A stretch of DNA of 64,000 nucleotides from Pirellulales bacterium (GCA_019636335.1 JAHBXR010000007.1:109978-173977); one strand, 5' to 3'; shown: positions 50,657-61,499, counted from the stretch's first letter. The notes: generated from the sequence alone by a model not told the origin. Program-made: numbers and translations.

Positions 50657-51661
50657 CTACGTCGAGCCGCGATAGATCTTCTGGTAGAGCGTATTCTTCT
50701 TCGACGTCATGTGGCCGGGGTTCGTGTCGTCGCGCAGCGCGGCGTACATCATCTCGAACTTGGCGTCGAGATCGTCGGCGTAGTGGACGATCAAGGCCTC
50801 GGGGGTCATCGGCGGCTTGGGCGAGCCCCACTCCGGCAGCCGCTGGTGCGAGAGGATGATGTGCTCCAGCCGCAGCAGGAGGTCGGCATCGACCGGGTAA
50901 CGTGTCGCCGCTTCGCGGACGATGTCGCGTCCCTGGACGAGATGGCCGATCAGATTGCCGGCCGCCGAGTAGGCCGCCCCCTCGGGCTTCAACTCCAACT
51001 CGTGCAGCTTGCCGATGTCGTGCAGGATGCCGCCAGCGATGACGAGGTCGACCTTGAGCGGTGGTTGCAGCTCGGGATAGAGCGCCGCGTACTTCTCCCC
51101 CAAAAGCACGCAGTTGCGCGTCACGCTGAGGACGTGCTCGAGGTAGCCCCCTACGAAGGCGTGATGGTTCCGCGTGGCGGCCGGCAGGACGAGCAACCGC
51201 TCGGCGTTTTCTTCCATGATGCCGACGACGAGCGCCCGGAGCGCCGGATCGGCGATCTTCTCGCGCGCGAGGCCCTGCAACTCGGCGAACATGGTGGCGG
51301 GGGCGAAACGAGACTGTGGCAGGCACATGCCAGGGTCGAATCCCTCGGCTTCGTCGGCGGGCACCGCCTCGCGGATCTTCACGATGTCGAGCTGTGGACC
51401 ATAGTTCGTTTCGCGATAAATGGCGCGGAGCTTGTAGAACGCGCCGGGGGTCCAGTGGTCGCGGCAATCGGCTGCCCAGGGCGAATCGCCCCAAATCGGA
51501 AAACTCACCTCACGGCGGGCATCGCGAAAGCCCACCTTCCAGTAGGGCTTGCCGTCGCGGGTGGTGAGGGCCTCTTTCGAGGACATGAGGGCGAAGAGAT
51601 CGGCCTCTTGATTCGGCGTCATTTCCGCCAGCGCGAGCAGTGGAATCGTGCGCGTCGCCAT
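50657..51661 (-). CDS. yhaM: OB-fold + HD-domain 3'-5' exoribonuclease (YhaM/Cbf1-like)
   Basis: TTRDGKPY OB start, HHAFVGGYLEH, LHDIGK, GHLVQG, GSPKPPMTPEALIVHYADDLDAK. Confidence 0.85.
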   Translation of the reverse strand: MATRTIPLLALAEMTPNQEADLFALMSSKEALTTRDGKPYWKVGFRDARREVSFPIWGDSPWAADCRDHWTPGAFYKLRAIYRETNYGPQLDIVKIREAVPADEAEGFDPGMCLPQSRFAPATMFAELQGLAREKIADPALRALVVGIMEENAERLLVLPAATRNHHAFVGGYLEHVLSVTRNCVLLGEKYAALYPELQPPLKVDLVIAGGILHDIGKLHELELKPEGAAYSAAGNLIGHLVQGRDIVREAATRYPVDADLLLRLEHIILSHQRLPEWGSPKPPMTPEALIVHYADDLDAKFEMMYAALRDDTNPGHMTSKKNTLYQKIYRGST

Positions 51662-51781
51662 GATTTGCCCCCTCGAAGGAATCGCGTGCGAATCGAGCCA
51701 CGCCGGCCGAATCGCGTTCGGCCGACGAGCTTGCATCTTAACGCGCGAAACGGTCGGAAGATACCAATTGCTTCGAGCAGA

Positions 51782-54700
51782 TCACGCCTGCCAGTGTCGC
51801 AGGTTGTCGACCACGCGGAGCACGTCCTGCCGTTTCTTCTCGAAGATAGCGAAGAGGACGATGATGGCGATGCCCGCCGCGGTGATGCTGGCGGCCCAGA
51901 TCCAGGTCTGATGCAGGTTCACGGCGGCGTGGTAGATGATCGTCACGATCGACAGGATCAAGAAGCCCGTGCCAAGGAACAAGAACGCGCGGACCCGCAC
52001 CAGGATGCCTGCGAAGATGCCGCCGAGCGACAGCGCCGCCAGCACGAGCGGCAGCCAGGGCGCCTGGGCCACGCCGTTCAGGAAGATGTCGGCCGTGCTC
52101 GATAGATAGATCGTCATCGAGGTGATGTAGCGGATCGACGTCATTTGGACCGGCGAGAGACGATCGCGATTCAAGTAGGCCGCCGCGAGCACGCACAGGG
52201 CCGGCGGAATCAGCCAGAGTTGCGGGTGCTGGAGCAGTCCGACACCGCCGACCTGATGCAGGTAGTGCCACAAACCACCATTGGCGGCCAGCGCCGCCAG
52301 CAGCCCAAAACCGAACGATTTGCGCGTCACCGCCAGCGTCGCGTAAAGCCCCCCCACGATCAGCAACACTACCGAGTAGTGCGTGCCGCTGGGGAAGAAC
52401 CAGAATCCCAGCACCGGAAGGAGCGGCAACAGAATGCCCGTGCGCTCGAGCGGCTCGGCAAGGATCTTTTGCTGCCGGCGCGCAAACCACTCGCCCAGTC
52501 CCACGCCGAGGAACGCGATGACCATGACGATCAAGGGCCAGAACTGCTGGAAGCGGCCAGAGAACAACCAGGGCATCGTCACGCGAATATGCAGGAACAA
52601 GAGCGCGAGCACTGCTTCGGCGGCGTAGACATACGCCATGCGTCCCCGTTCCGAGAGCGAGAGCGGATCGCGACCGGGCACCAGCGCCGCGCCGAGCGCC
52701 GCCAGGAAGAGGGCGCCCAGGGCAAGTGCCACGGCCAGGATGCCGTGCCAGGCGAGCGGGACCGGCGTTTCCGCGGCAAAGTATGAGACCTCTTGCAGCA
52801 GTACCACGGCAATCGAGGCGACCAGCGCTACGATGAGCACCGGCACGAAGCGCCGTGCGGCTTCGATCCAGGCTGTCCATCCGGCCGGCAAGCGGTTGAA
52901 GCCCAGGCTGTAGAGAATCGCCGTAACGACGAGCGCCACGCAGGTGGCGACGCTGCGTGCCAGGATCGGCGCTGCGACGGTCGGTTCGATCCACGACCAG
53001 GCCAGCGCCACCATGCCGAGCATGCCTACTGCGAGTGCCGCGATACGCAGGTGATGTCGCTCGTTGCCGCGCGCGAGCATCGCCAGAGCGAAGGCCTGCG
53101 CCAGCGCGGCCTGCGCGGCCGTGACGCGGAGCATGCGATCCGTGCTGCTCAGTTCGATCGCAAAAACGAGCGCCAGCACGATGCCGATCGCGAGTACCGT
53201 AACCGGCACCATCCAGATCAGGCCTTCTGTCTTGCCCGCGGTGCGGGCCGGCATGCGCAGCCGCTCGGCCAGTAGTTGCAGGCCGGCGCGTCGGCTCCAG
53301 AGATAACTCGTGGCCAGGTTGAAGGCGCCGAGGGCGATCGCTCCGCGCCAGACGAGCGCCTCTCCTTCGAGATTCAAGGCATCGAGATAGTTCAGCACCA
53401 GCGCCAGGCCATAGACGTAGAGCGAGAAGACTGCCTCGCGAGCGCGATCATCCCACAGGCACGCGATTGCCGCGATTCCGACCGCCGCGATGGCCCCGCC
53501 CTGCCAAAGCGTAAAGCCCGTGAGATACTCGCCATAGAATTCGGCCAGGAGCAACAAGGCCAACATCAGGGTAAGGACCTTGACCGAGATCCAAGTGGCC
53601 GGGCGATGAAACGGCAGCATGGCCGAGCCGTCCACCTGGTCGCGCCACGGGCGAATCCAACGCAGCTCGACCAGCAACCAGAGGACGACCGGCAAGGCGA
53701 GCGCGATCAAGTTGAGGTAGAAGAATGCCGGCACGCTGGCATCGCCGCTGGGACGCCACGGGTTGTCGTCGTGGACGTACCACAGCGTCGTCGCGAGCAG
53801 CAGCAACATGCCAGCCAGATAGAGATACCGCCGGCGATACGACCACAAGGTGACGAGTACCGCCACGTAGGCCGTGGTCTTGACCGGAATGCTCGACCAC
53901 CAGATTCCTTGCGGATCGTCGTCGTAGCAGCGGAAGGCCATCATCACCACGAGGGGGATCGAGAGCACCGCCCACAACGTGACGGCCTGGCGACGGCGAG
54001 CGAGAAACTCGGGCGCGGCGCTGCGATACCAGAGCCACGCCCCCGCGAGAAGCAACGCCGGCGAAAGGGTGCGTCCGACGATTAGCGTATGGAACGCCAG
54101 CCAGTTGCCGGTATCGTGTCCGGCCGCGAAGAGGGCCGCGAGCGTGGCGGCCGACCAAAGCCCCACGGCCACCAGAGAGATCGACACCACCGGGGCGCGC
54201 CGTTCCGCCAGCAAGAGTGCTAGGCAGAAGCTCAGCGCCGTGGCCGTCATGCCGAGCAGTGTTGCTCCTAGCGCAATCCAAGGCGATACGGGAGATGGCG
54301 TGTCGACCAGCGACATGGTAGCGGGTAGCAGCACCAACAGGCTCAATCCTAAGCCGAGTGCTCCCTGCAGAACGTGCAGAGGATGCACTGCGTAGAAGGA
54401 ACGCTCACGGCGCGCCTGCCACCAAAGGGCCATGAGCCAGGCGAGTCCGTAGGTGCTGGCCACCGCCGCGTTGATTTGGCCAAGCTGAATCCATAGCTCG
54501 ACGTCGTCGAGCAAGAGTGTCGTGCCGGCCGTAAAGAGCCACGCCAGCGAGGTCGCCAGATTCGTGACGAGACCCGCGCCAAAGGCGAAGACCGCCGAAC
54601 GCTCGCGAATTGCGTGCCCCACTAGGACGGCCGCGGCCAAGGCGAGAGGGAAGGCCAGGTTCGCTGCCAGTCCGATCCGCCCGAAGGCCGACCCGCTGCT

Positions 54701-57700
54701 GGGGCCAAGCACGGGATCGTCCAGCAGACGCATGAGGGCCACGTACAGCGCGATAACGACGACCGGTATCAGCGTGAGGAACACGAGCACCAGATCGATC
54801 GCGCGTCGGCTATCTGGGCTGCTTTCATCGGTGCCGGCGATACCGGCGCGCATGCCGAGTGCGGTCAGCCCCGAACGGTTCCAGACCACCACCGACATGG
54901 CGAAAAATCCCCCCGTCAGTGTCCAACGCAAGGCCGACGCTGTCGCGACTGCGGATTCAAAGGGGGCGGCGACTAGCAAGCAGGCGCTCGTGCCGAGCAC
55001 GAGCAGGCCCAGGAAGCGCGCCAGCGCCGGTTTCTCCCACAGGCCGACCACGAGCAGGATCGACACAAGGCCCCACAGCAACCAGGTTCCTCCTCGTCGC
55101 GCCGGCTCGTGCGGAATCAAGGCATCGGCAAAATTAGCGGCACTCGGTACGACACGATCGACGCCGTCGTCGATCATCGATTGCGGTGCTTGTGCGGCAA
55201 TCGCCCGTACGGTTTGCTCGTTGGCCAACTCCTGCAGTGTGCCGGGCAGCGCGGCATAGGCGGTTAATCCCAACAATCCCAGAACCAGCATGCCGGTGGC
55301 AAGGTAATCAATCGAGACAACCGTCGGCCGTTGCAATAAAGATCGCAGGGGCGAGAACCTGTTGTCCTCGCGCCGACAGAGGAACCAGCGCAGTGCCAGC
55401 CAGGCGAGACACAGGCAGGCGGCTACCGATCCCTGCAATTGCAGCATGCGAGGATCGTACAACGGTTCAGCCGAGGTGGCGTACCAGGCCTGGCGCGAAG
55501 CGAAATCGAGTGCGCCCAGCCCGGCAACACCGAACAGCGCGGACTGCGACAGATCGAACAGAACGGACGAGCGACGTGAGAGCGCGCTTAAGAACCACAC
55601 GAGCGCCAGTACCGCGACATGCGCAGCCAGCGGTATCAGACGCAGCGCATCGTTCGTCAACGGAATGGTCAACAGGTAAAGGCCAACCTGCAGTGCCGCA
55701 AACGCCGACGTGATGAATCCCGTCGTAATCAGCGCATCGTGTACGACGAGCCCGTTCGCTTCGGGGTTGCCGGCATCGTTCCGGGGGCGGCGTCTGAGCG
55801 TCAGCGAGGCCAGAAGGCAAACGAGGAGTGCGTGTGCCGTGGCCGCGGTCATCCAGGGGGCCGCCAACACATGTCCGTCCGCCGGACGGTAGACGATGCC
55901 TTGGACGAGCGCGAGCGCGAGCAACGCAGAACCGGCATAGGCCGTCCACCTGCGAAGCCGAACGGCTCTCTCCTGCCCTGCCATCGACTCGGGCCAGGGA
56001 AGCATCGCCGCGATCAGCGTGGCTACTGCGTACAACGCATAGATCAGCGTCGCGTGATGGGGGTCGCCCGATACGCGAAAACCGAACAGCGTGACCAACG
56101 TGAGACTCAGGACCGCCGCTGCGCCGGCGATGATCGCGTAGTAGCGGGCATCGAACGGACGCCGCAAGCGATACCATACGGCGGCGCCCGCACCATAGAG
56201 CAGCGCCAGCACGGTCAGGGCATTGCCGCTCGAGGCGGAGAGCAGAGCCTCGGTTGTCTGCTGGGTGGTAACCTCGCGCCACGGCAGTACCCCACGCACG
56301 ACCTGCACGAGCAGGAGATAACCAAGTGCGAAGGCAACCCCCGCCAAAAGATGTGCCGGCGCCAACTCGACGGCCAGCGCCACCGTGGTCAGCACGACGA
56401 AGCACAGGCCCGCCACTGTCACCAGCAAACCAGGCTCCGGCCATGCCAGGACAACACCGCCGAGCATGATGAGACTGCCCAGCACGGTGAGCGCCGTCCC
56501 CGCCGTACGCAGCCCCGACAGCTCGATGTTTTGCACGCGGCGCCAGAGCAGCAGCCCCACCGCCATCGTCGGAGCGCCGGCGAGTGTGACCAGCGGCGCT
56601 AGTCGCTGCATCGTCTCGGGAATGTTACCCGAAAGGGCCAGCAGCAGTCCGCAGGGAGGCAACGCCGCGAAGGCGGTGACGCCCAACATGCGCAACAGCG
56701 CATTGATTGCTGGTTCCTTGAGTTCCGCATTCTTGCGTAGCCGCGCGATGAGGGTGGCCACAGCGCCGCCGTGACACAAGAGGGGCAGCGCAGCCAGGAT
56801 GTAGAGCATCGAGTCCGGGGCGTTCGGGTCGATCCAGCGCCGCACCAGGAGCGACGAGATCGACGCCCCCATGACCCCTGCCGTCATGGCGATCGGAGCC
56901 GGCGTGACGATCGCCCGTCCGGCCAGAAACACGAGCGTCGAGAATAGCCCGAGCGAGAGGACTTCTCCCACGAGCACCTTGGGGTCGGAGGCTAGCGCCC
57001 CCTGCGTGAAGGCGGCGATCGAGAGAAAATTCAGCGGCACCAGCAAGGTGGCAATCGCCAGCACGCCGCGGCTCGTGGTGGGCAACTTCCATTTCCGCGC
57101 CGTGTAAAAGCCCAACGCGAAGAGCGAGGCGGAGACGCCGTTGAACAGACCGAACTTCAACAGCGGCCGGGCGGCGATTTGCGACCAGAAGCTGATCACG
57201 AGGGCCACGGAGCCGCCGACGATCAACAGGCCACCGACCAACTCGCCCCAGCGGACGTTCTTTTCCTCCATGAAGGCCGAGAGCAAGTCGGCCAGCCCAC
57301 GCTGGCGTGGCGGAACGGCCACGACCGAAGCACTGGCAGGAGACGGCCCCTGGGGTGATACAGCCGCGGCGGCAGGTGTGCCTGGGATCTCTTCAGCCGC
57401 GACGTAGATCGGGATCGTGGGGGTGACGGGCAGAGTCGGGGACGCATCGTGCCGTGGGGGGGACGCCTCGGTCGGGACAGAAGGTTCGATCGATTCCGCG
57501 ACCGCGAAGGTCGGCTCGGCAATCATCTGGGGAACGACGAGCGAATCATCTCCCGGGGCGGTCGAGTTCTCGGTGACCGTTGCCGGCAGCGGCGTGCTAG
57601 GAAGGGTGGCCGGCGCAGATTGAGCCAGACGCGTCTCTTCGGCGGCGACAGAAGCGAGCAATCGCTGGAACGAATCGGCGGGAAGCGATCCCTCGCGTTG

Positions 57701-57952
57701 TAGCTTTTCGAGCTGAGCCCGCAGCGTATCGAAGGCGAAGGCAGGCGCATTTAGCGCAGGGGCCTGCCAGCCGCACGTTGTACAGGTGTGGCCTGGCATC
57801 TCCACGCCGCAGCGTTGGCACCGCGCCGTGGACGAGGGCTTCGCTGCCGAATGGAACAGCGCGCGCCAGATGCCGCGCAGGATCAAGAACATCACCAGCA
57901 GCGCGATCGCCAGTGAAACGAGCAGGCAGAGGCCGCCGATCAGGACTTCCAC
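51782..57952 (-). CDS. Giant (2056 aa) polytopic membrane protein of unknown function
   Basis: Uninterrupted ORF with an N-terminal TM, CQRC/CTTC zinc-ribbon, Pro-rich linker, FMEEKNVRWGELVGG, then dozens of hydrophobic helices. Confidence 0.85.
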   Translation of the reverse strand: MEVLIGGLCLLVSLAIALLVMFLILRGIWRALFHSAAKPSSTARCQRCGVEMPGHTCTTCGWQAPALNAPAFAFDTLRAQLEKLQREGSLPADSFQRLLASVAAEETRLAQSAPATLPSTPLPATVTENSTAPGDDSLVVPQMIAEPTFAVAESIEPSVPTEASPPRHDASPTLPVTPTIPIYVAAEEIPGTPAAAAVSPQGPSPASASVVAVPPRQRGLADLLSAFMEEKNVRWGELVGGLLIVGGSVALVISFWSQIAARPLLKFGLFNGVSASLFALGFYTARKWKLPTTSRGVLAIATLLVPLNFLSIAAFTQGALASDPKVLVGEVLSLGLFSTLVFLAGRAIVTPAPIAMTAGVMGASISSLLVRRWIDPNAPDSMLYILAALPLLCHGGAVATLIARLRKNAELKEPAINALLRMLGVTAFAALPPCGLLLALSGNIPETMQRLAPLVTLAGAPTMAVGLLLWRRVQNIELSGLRTAGTALTVLGSLIMLGGVVLAWPEPGLLVTVAGLCFVVLTTVALAVELAPAHLLAGVAFALGYLLLVQVVRGVLPWREVTTQQTTEALLSASSGNALTVLALLYGAGAAVWYRLRRPFDARYYAIIAGAAAVLSLTLVTLFGFRVSGDPHHATLIYALYAVATLIAAMLPWPESMAGQERAVRLRRWTAYAGSALLALALVQGIVYRPADGHVLAAPWMTAATAHALLVCLLASLTLRRRPRNDAGNPEANGLVVHDALITTGFITSAFAALQVGLYLLTIPLTNDALRLIPLAAHVAVLALVWFLSALSRRSSVLFDLSQSALFGVAGLGALDFASRQAWYATSAEPLYDPRMLQLQGSVAACLCLAWLALRWFLCRREDNRFSPLRSLLQRPTVVSIDYLATGMLVLGLLGLTAYAALPGTLQELANEQTVRAIAAQAPQSMIDDGVDRVVPSAANFADALIPHEPARRGGTWLLWGLVSILLVVGLWEKPALARFLGLLVLGTSACLLVAAPFESAVATASALRWTLTGGFFAMSVVVWNRSGLTALGMRAGIAGTDESSPDSRRAIDLVLVFLTLIPVVVIALYVALMRLLDDPVLGPSSGSAFGRIGLAANLAFPLALAAAVLVGHAIRERSAVFAFGAGLVTNLATSLAWLFTAGTTLLLDDVELWIQLGQINAAVASTYGLAWLMALWWQARRERSFYAVHPLHVLQGALGLGLSLLVLLPATMSLVDTPSPVSPWIALGATLLGMTATALSFCLALLLAERRAPVVSISLVAVGLWSAATLAALFAAGHDTGNWLAFHTLIVGRTLSPALLLAGAWLWYRSAAPEFLARRRQAVTLWAVLSIPLVVMMAFRCYDDDPQGIWWSSIPVKTTAYVAVLVTLWSYRRRYLYLAGMLLLLATTLWYVHDDNPWRPSGDASVPAFFYLNLIALALPVVLWLLVELRWIRPWRDQVDGSAMLPFHRPATWISVKVLTLMLALLLLAEFYGEYLTGFTLWQGGAIAAVGIAAIACLWDDRAREAVFSLYVYGLALVLNYLDALNLEGEALVWRGAIALGAFNLATSYLWSRRAGLQLLAERLRMPARTAGKTEGLIWMVPVTVLAIGIVLALVFAIELSSTDRMLRVTAAQAALAQAFALAMLARGNERHHLRIAALAVGMLGMVALAWSWIEPTVAAPILARSVATCVALVVTAILYSLGFNRLPAGWTAWIEAARRFVPVLIVALVASIAVVLLQEVSYFAAETPVPLAWHGILAVALALGALFLAALGAALVPGRDPLSLSERGRMAYVYAAEAVLALLFLHIRVTMPWLFSGRFQQFWPLIVMVIAFLGVGLGEWFARRQQKILAEPLERTGILLPLLPVLGFWFFPSGTHYSVVLLIVGGLYATLAVTRKSFGFGLLAALAANGGLWHYLHQVGGVGLLQHPQLWLIPPALCVLAAAYLNRDRLSPVQMTSIRYITSMTIYLSSTADIFLNGVAQAPWLPLVLAALSLGGIFAGILVRVRAFLFLGTGFLILSIVTIIYHAAVNLHQTWIWAASITAAGIAIIVLFAIFEKKRQDVLRVVDNLRHWQA

Positions 57953-58117
57953 GCGAGCAACTCCGGGAGCGATGTGCGCCAGGCGAGACCGTCTGGTCTC
58001 AAGGCGACATCGCTGCCCAAATATAACTCGCCAGGATGGATCGCACGGTGCGGCAGTCGATCTATCTTGTTACGGGGTAAGGCGATCTGCGGAGCGACGG
58101 CGGGCTCCGCTGAGACC

Positions 58118-59032
58118 CTAGTACGGTGTCGGGCGACGGGAGTCATTCCCGCCGCCGACGAGGCGTTTGGCCCCTCGCAGCGTGCGAATAAAGCCGTATT
58201 TAACGCCATCGCAGAGGGGCGACTTGCCCACCGGGTTCGGTTCGAGCCCCAAACGCCGCATTTGACGATTGAACCGGTAGAGGGACTGCCGTCGCAGCGA
58301 ATCGTCGGTCTGGAACGTGATGCTGAACGAGATCGACACGGCCGGTCCGTTCTTGACCCAGTGTGGGGCGGCGACGGGAAAATGGAGCCCCTCGCCCGGC
58401 AACAGCTCGAACAATTCGCCCCGGTTGCGGAAGGCGTCGTCGAACGGAATATTGCGGTGCGCGCCGGCGAAGAACGATTCGACGTCGCGCTCCGAGATCA
58501 CGACGCGATCCTCGCGATCGAAAAGATAGACCTCTTTTTGGCCGCGGATTTGCAACAAGAAGTTGTTTTCCGGATCGACGTGGAAGGGGGTGACCGAGCC
58601 GGGCGATGAGATGAAGATGAAGCCTTCGCGGCGGCACATGCCCGGTGCCACGGCTTCGGTATAGGGGCGCATCGCGTCGAGACAGGCATCGAGCATGGCG
58701 CCGTACTCGGTGTCGGACTCGACGTTCTTGAGCACCATCCACGAGCTACAGTCCTCGATCCGCGCGATCGTTTCTTCGATGCTCAGGCCGTTGCGAGGCG
58801 TCTTCTTCGGGTCGTGGCTGACGGGAAGATTGCCCGGGTTGTATTCCACGCGCGATTCCGGCAATCGCTGGGCGAGCTCGACTAGCCGCGAAAGATCGAA
58901 GAGTGGATGATCGCTCAAGTAATGTTCGATCTTGAACGGGCGTCGATTGAAGCAGGCGCGGAACTCGGCAGGGTCGAGTTGCCCCAGGGGCTGATCGAGG
59001 GCTTGCGGATCGGCGGCGAGCATGGCGTTCAT
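58118..59032 (-). CDS. JmjC/cupin-like Fe(II)/2-oxoglutarate-dependent oxygenase
   Basis: Within ORF 58118..59200. TPFHVDPENNFLLQIRG (HxD) and LLPGEGLHFPVAAPHWVKN (distal His). Confidence 0.82.
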   Translation of the reverse strand: MNAMLAADPQALDQPLGQLDPAEFRACFNRRPFKIEHYLSDHPLFDLSRLVELAQRLPESRVEYNPGNLPVSHDPKKTPRNGLSIEETIARIEDCSSWMVLKNVESDTEYGAMLDACLDAMRPYTEAVAPGMCRREGFIFISSPGSVTPFHVDPENNFLLQIRGQKEVYLFDREDRVVISERDVESFFAGAHRNIPFDDAFRNRGELFELLPGEGLHFPVAAPHWVKNGPAVSISFSITFQTDDSLRRQSLYRFNRQMRRLGLEPNPVGKSPLCDGVKYGFIRTLRGAKRLVGGGNDSRRPTPY

Positions 59033-59043
59033 CGAGCGGGCTC

Positions 59044-60396
59044 CTAGCTTTCGAGCGTGGTTGCGGTGTTTCGGCGAGGGCGCAGCGCGGCCATCTTGCG
59101 CTTGGCCCATTTGAACAAGGGGGAGCTGGCCAACAGCAGATCGCCCGGCGCGCGGCCTGTAGCGAACCACAACGACGCAATTGTGCGGCGGTCGTGCCAA
59201 AGGCGGTTGATCATGGGATGGTCCTGGATGGCACAGGAGTCCATCCAGGTACAGTCGGGACGCTCGTGCAAGCGAGCGATGTTCTCTATTTCGAGCAGCG
59301 TGCCGGGCGAATACGACGCGTACGATTCATCGAAGGCCACCTTAAACGCAAATCCGGCCGAGTGGCTGAGAAAGTTGCATTTCATGGCGATGGAACGTCC
59401 CTGGAAACGCATTGCCAGCAGCATCAAGCGGCCACGCACCACGGCTTCTTCGGCGGCATTCCGGAAGAATGTCACCTCCTCGTGGCGGCAGGCAATCGCG
59501 GTTCCTTGCCGGCCCTTCCAGCCGCACGCCTCGAGTTCGAGAAACTCGTCGAGCCATGCGGCAAGATCGTCGCCCGGCTGCCAGAGGGCATACTCGAGCT
59601 GCCCCTGCTCGGCCAACCGCCGCTCGAGACGGCGCAGTTCGTGGCGTCGCTTGCGTGGCATGGCCGCCTGCGCGTACGCTTCGGCATTTTCGGCGGGTCG
59701 AAAGACCGCGCGCGTGTGTCGATCGGTGATCCAAAAGGGGCGCTCGCGCCGGTGCAGTTCTTCGACCAGCAGGCGTTCGACGTCCCCCCCTGCGCCCAGC
59801 AATTTCCATTGCACGAGTGCGGCGCCTGCGTGTGTACCGACCCAATCGAGAAACGCTCCGAACGTCTCGGCGGCGAAATCGCGGCGCACGAGTGGCGTGC
59901 AAAGGAAACAATGCACGTAGTGCCACAGAACGATCGTGGGGCAAGGGATACCGTGATACGTGCGACGACGATCGAGCGGGAACATGCCGCAGAGCACCGG
60001 CGGACCAGCCGGGTATTTGCGATTTGCGCCAAAGACGAGCGCCACCTCGACCTGCGCTCCCGCGGCAATGGACTCCCACGCCGGCAGGAAGAGCGCCGGT
60101 TCGTAGAACACGTTTGGTTCGAGGGACATCTCGGCCAGACGTTCCCACGCGGCCAGGTGAGCACGCAATTCGGCTGGGCTGCGCACGATCTCGACCCGCA
60201 GCGGACCGTCGGGCAGATCGGCGGCGACTTTTTCCTCGCGTGCCAGCGCAGGAGACGGCGCGGCCTTCTCGGTCTTGCCCGCTTGCCGCTCGGTGGCCGA
60301 TGGCTTGACGTCTGCTTCGGGAAGCTCCGGGGCCCAGGGAATGGCCACCTCGAACGTCGAGGCCCAAACGCTATCTTGTGTGCTTTCGAATTCCAT
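59044..60396 (-). CDS. GNAT-family (CelD/BcsL-like, Acetyltransf_6) acyltransferase
   Basis: HELRRLERRLAEQG, FLELEACGWKGRQGTAI, FKVAFDESYASYSPGTLL and MDSCA. Confidence 0.85.
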   Translation of the reverse strand: MEFESTQDSVWASTFEVAIPWAPELPEADVKPSATERQAGKTEKAAPSPALAREEKVAADLPDGPLRVEIVRSPAELRAHLAAWERLAEMSLEPNVFYEPALFLPAWESIAAGAQVEVALVFGANRKYPAGPPVLCGMFPLDRRRTYHGIPCPTIVLWHYVHCFLCTPLVRRDFAAETFGAFLDWVGTHAGAALVQWKLLGAGGDVERLLVEELHRRERPFWITDRHTRAVFRPAENAEAYAQAAMPRKRRHELRRLERRLAEQGQLEYALWQPGDDLAAWLDEFLELEACGWKGRQGTAIACRHEEVTFFRNAAEEAVVRGRLMLLAMRFQGRSIAMKCNFLSHSAGFAFKVAFDESYASYSPGTLLEIENIARLHERPDCTWMDSCAIQDHPMINRLWHDRRTIASLWFATGRAPGDLLLASSPLFKWAKRKMAALRPRRNTATTLES

Positions 60397-60599
60397 GCAG
60401 GCCCGGCCAGACTGATCCTGGGTCAACGAAGCTCCGTGACATCGATTCGCCGCGAGCGCGTGGCATGTACGAACCGATACGGCTGCCCCCCGCGCGGAGG
60501 ACGCCTAGAAAAACTTAGTTCAAATCCAGCGGGGGGGATGAACGCGTGGACGCGATTTCGCCCCTTTAACCACGTCCTGGCAGCGCAACCGGACGGTGT

Positions 60600-61499
60600 T
60601 TAGCAGGCGAGGGCCGGGGTCACGTCGGCAGCCTGGGCGCCGATGTCCAGTTCCTGGATGGAATTCTTGCCGCTGCGTTTGGCCTCGTACATCAGATCGT
60701 CGGCGGCACGAATCAATTCATCCACCGTATCCGGAGCGGTGGGAAAACTGGCCACGCCGACGCTGAAGGTGACGGGCCAATCATGTTCGAGCATGATCGC
60801 CGCGAGTTGGGCCAGCGACTTGTCGAGCGCCGCACGCACGTGTTCCGCGCAGGTTTCGGCAAACAGGATGACGAATTCGTCGCCTCCCATCCGCGCGGCC
60901 AGATCCGACCCGCGCGTGCTGCCGGCCAGCGATTTGCCAATCGACGCAAGCAGCTCGTTGCCCGTGGCATGGCCGAGCAGATCGTTCACGCGCTTGAAAT
61001 TGTCGCAGTCGATGAAGGCGATGCTGATGGGGCGCCGGTGACGGCGTGCGCGGGCGAGTTCCGTTTCCGCGGCCTCGAAAAAGCCGCGGACGTTCAATAA
61101 CCCCGTGAGGGCGTCGCGGCGCGCTTGGGCCTTCTCGCGATCGAGCACTATCCGCAGTTGCCCGATCGTGCCGGCGAAGGAGGCGAAGACGATGAAACGC
61201 ATCACGCTCTGCCAGAACTTGAAGAGACCCGGCAGCGGAACCTGCGGCACGACAAAATCGTCGAGCAACCAGAGCACCGATGACAGCAAGGCCACCCACA
61301 GCGAGGCGCGAAAACCGGCCACCCAGACGGTGACGGCAACCATCGGCAAGTAAAACACGGACAAATCAAGCTGATCGCCGGTGGCGTAGTCGAGCGTCCC
61401 AACGCAAAGCACCATGCCGTAGATGAAGGCAAACTGCACGCGGCGTTTGGAGCGGCGCAGGCGTTCGATGCCGCGGACGATGTAGGAAGAAGCAAGCAT
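60600..61499 (-). CDS. Membrane-anchored diguanylate cyclase (GGDEF)
   Basis: About four N-terminal TM helices, DALTGLLN, DCDNFKRVND, RGSD I-site, GGDEF and ADDLMYEAK. Confidence 0.93.
   Translation of the reverse strand: MLASSYIVRGIERLRRSKRRVQFAFIYGMVLCVGTLDYATGDQLDLSVFYLPMVAVTVWVAGFRASLWVALLSSVLWLLDDFVVPQVPLPGLFKFWQSVMRFIVFASFAGTIGQLRIVLDREKAQARRDALTGLLNVRGFFEAAETELARARRHRRPISIAFIDCDNFKRVNDLLGHATGNELLASIGKSLAGSTRGSDLAARMGGDEFVILFAETCAEHVRAALDKSLAQLAAIMLEHDWPVTFSVGVASFPTAPDTVDELIRAADDLMYEAKRSGKNSIQELDIGAQAADVTPALAC

Noticed and set aside
50657-57952. HD nuclease + giant membrane protein + DUF4304 as a defence island
   Set aside because: The HD protein has ordinary YhaM features and no known defence or mobility genes are nearby. 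Adjacency alone is insufficient.
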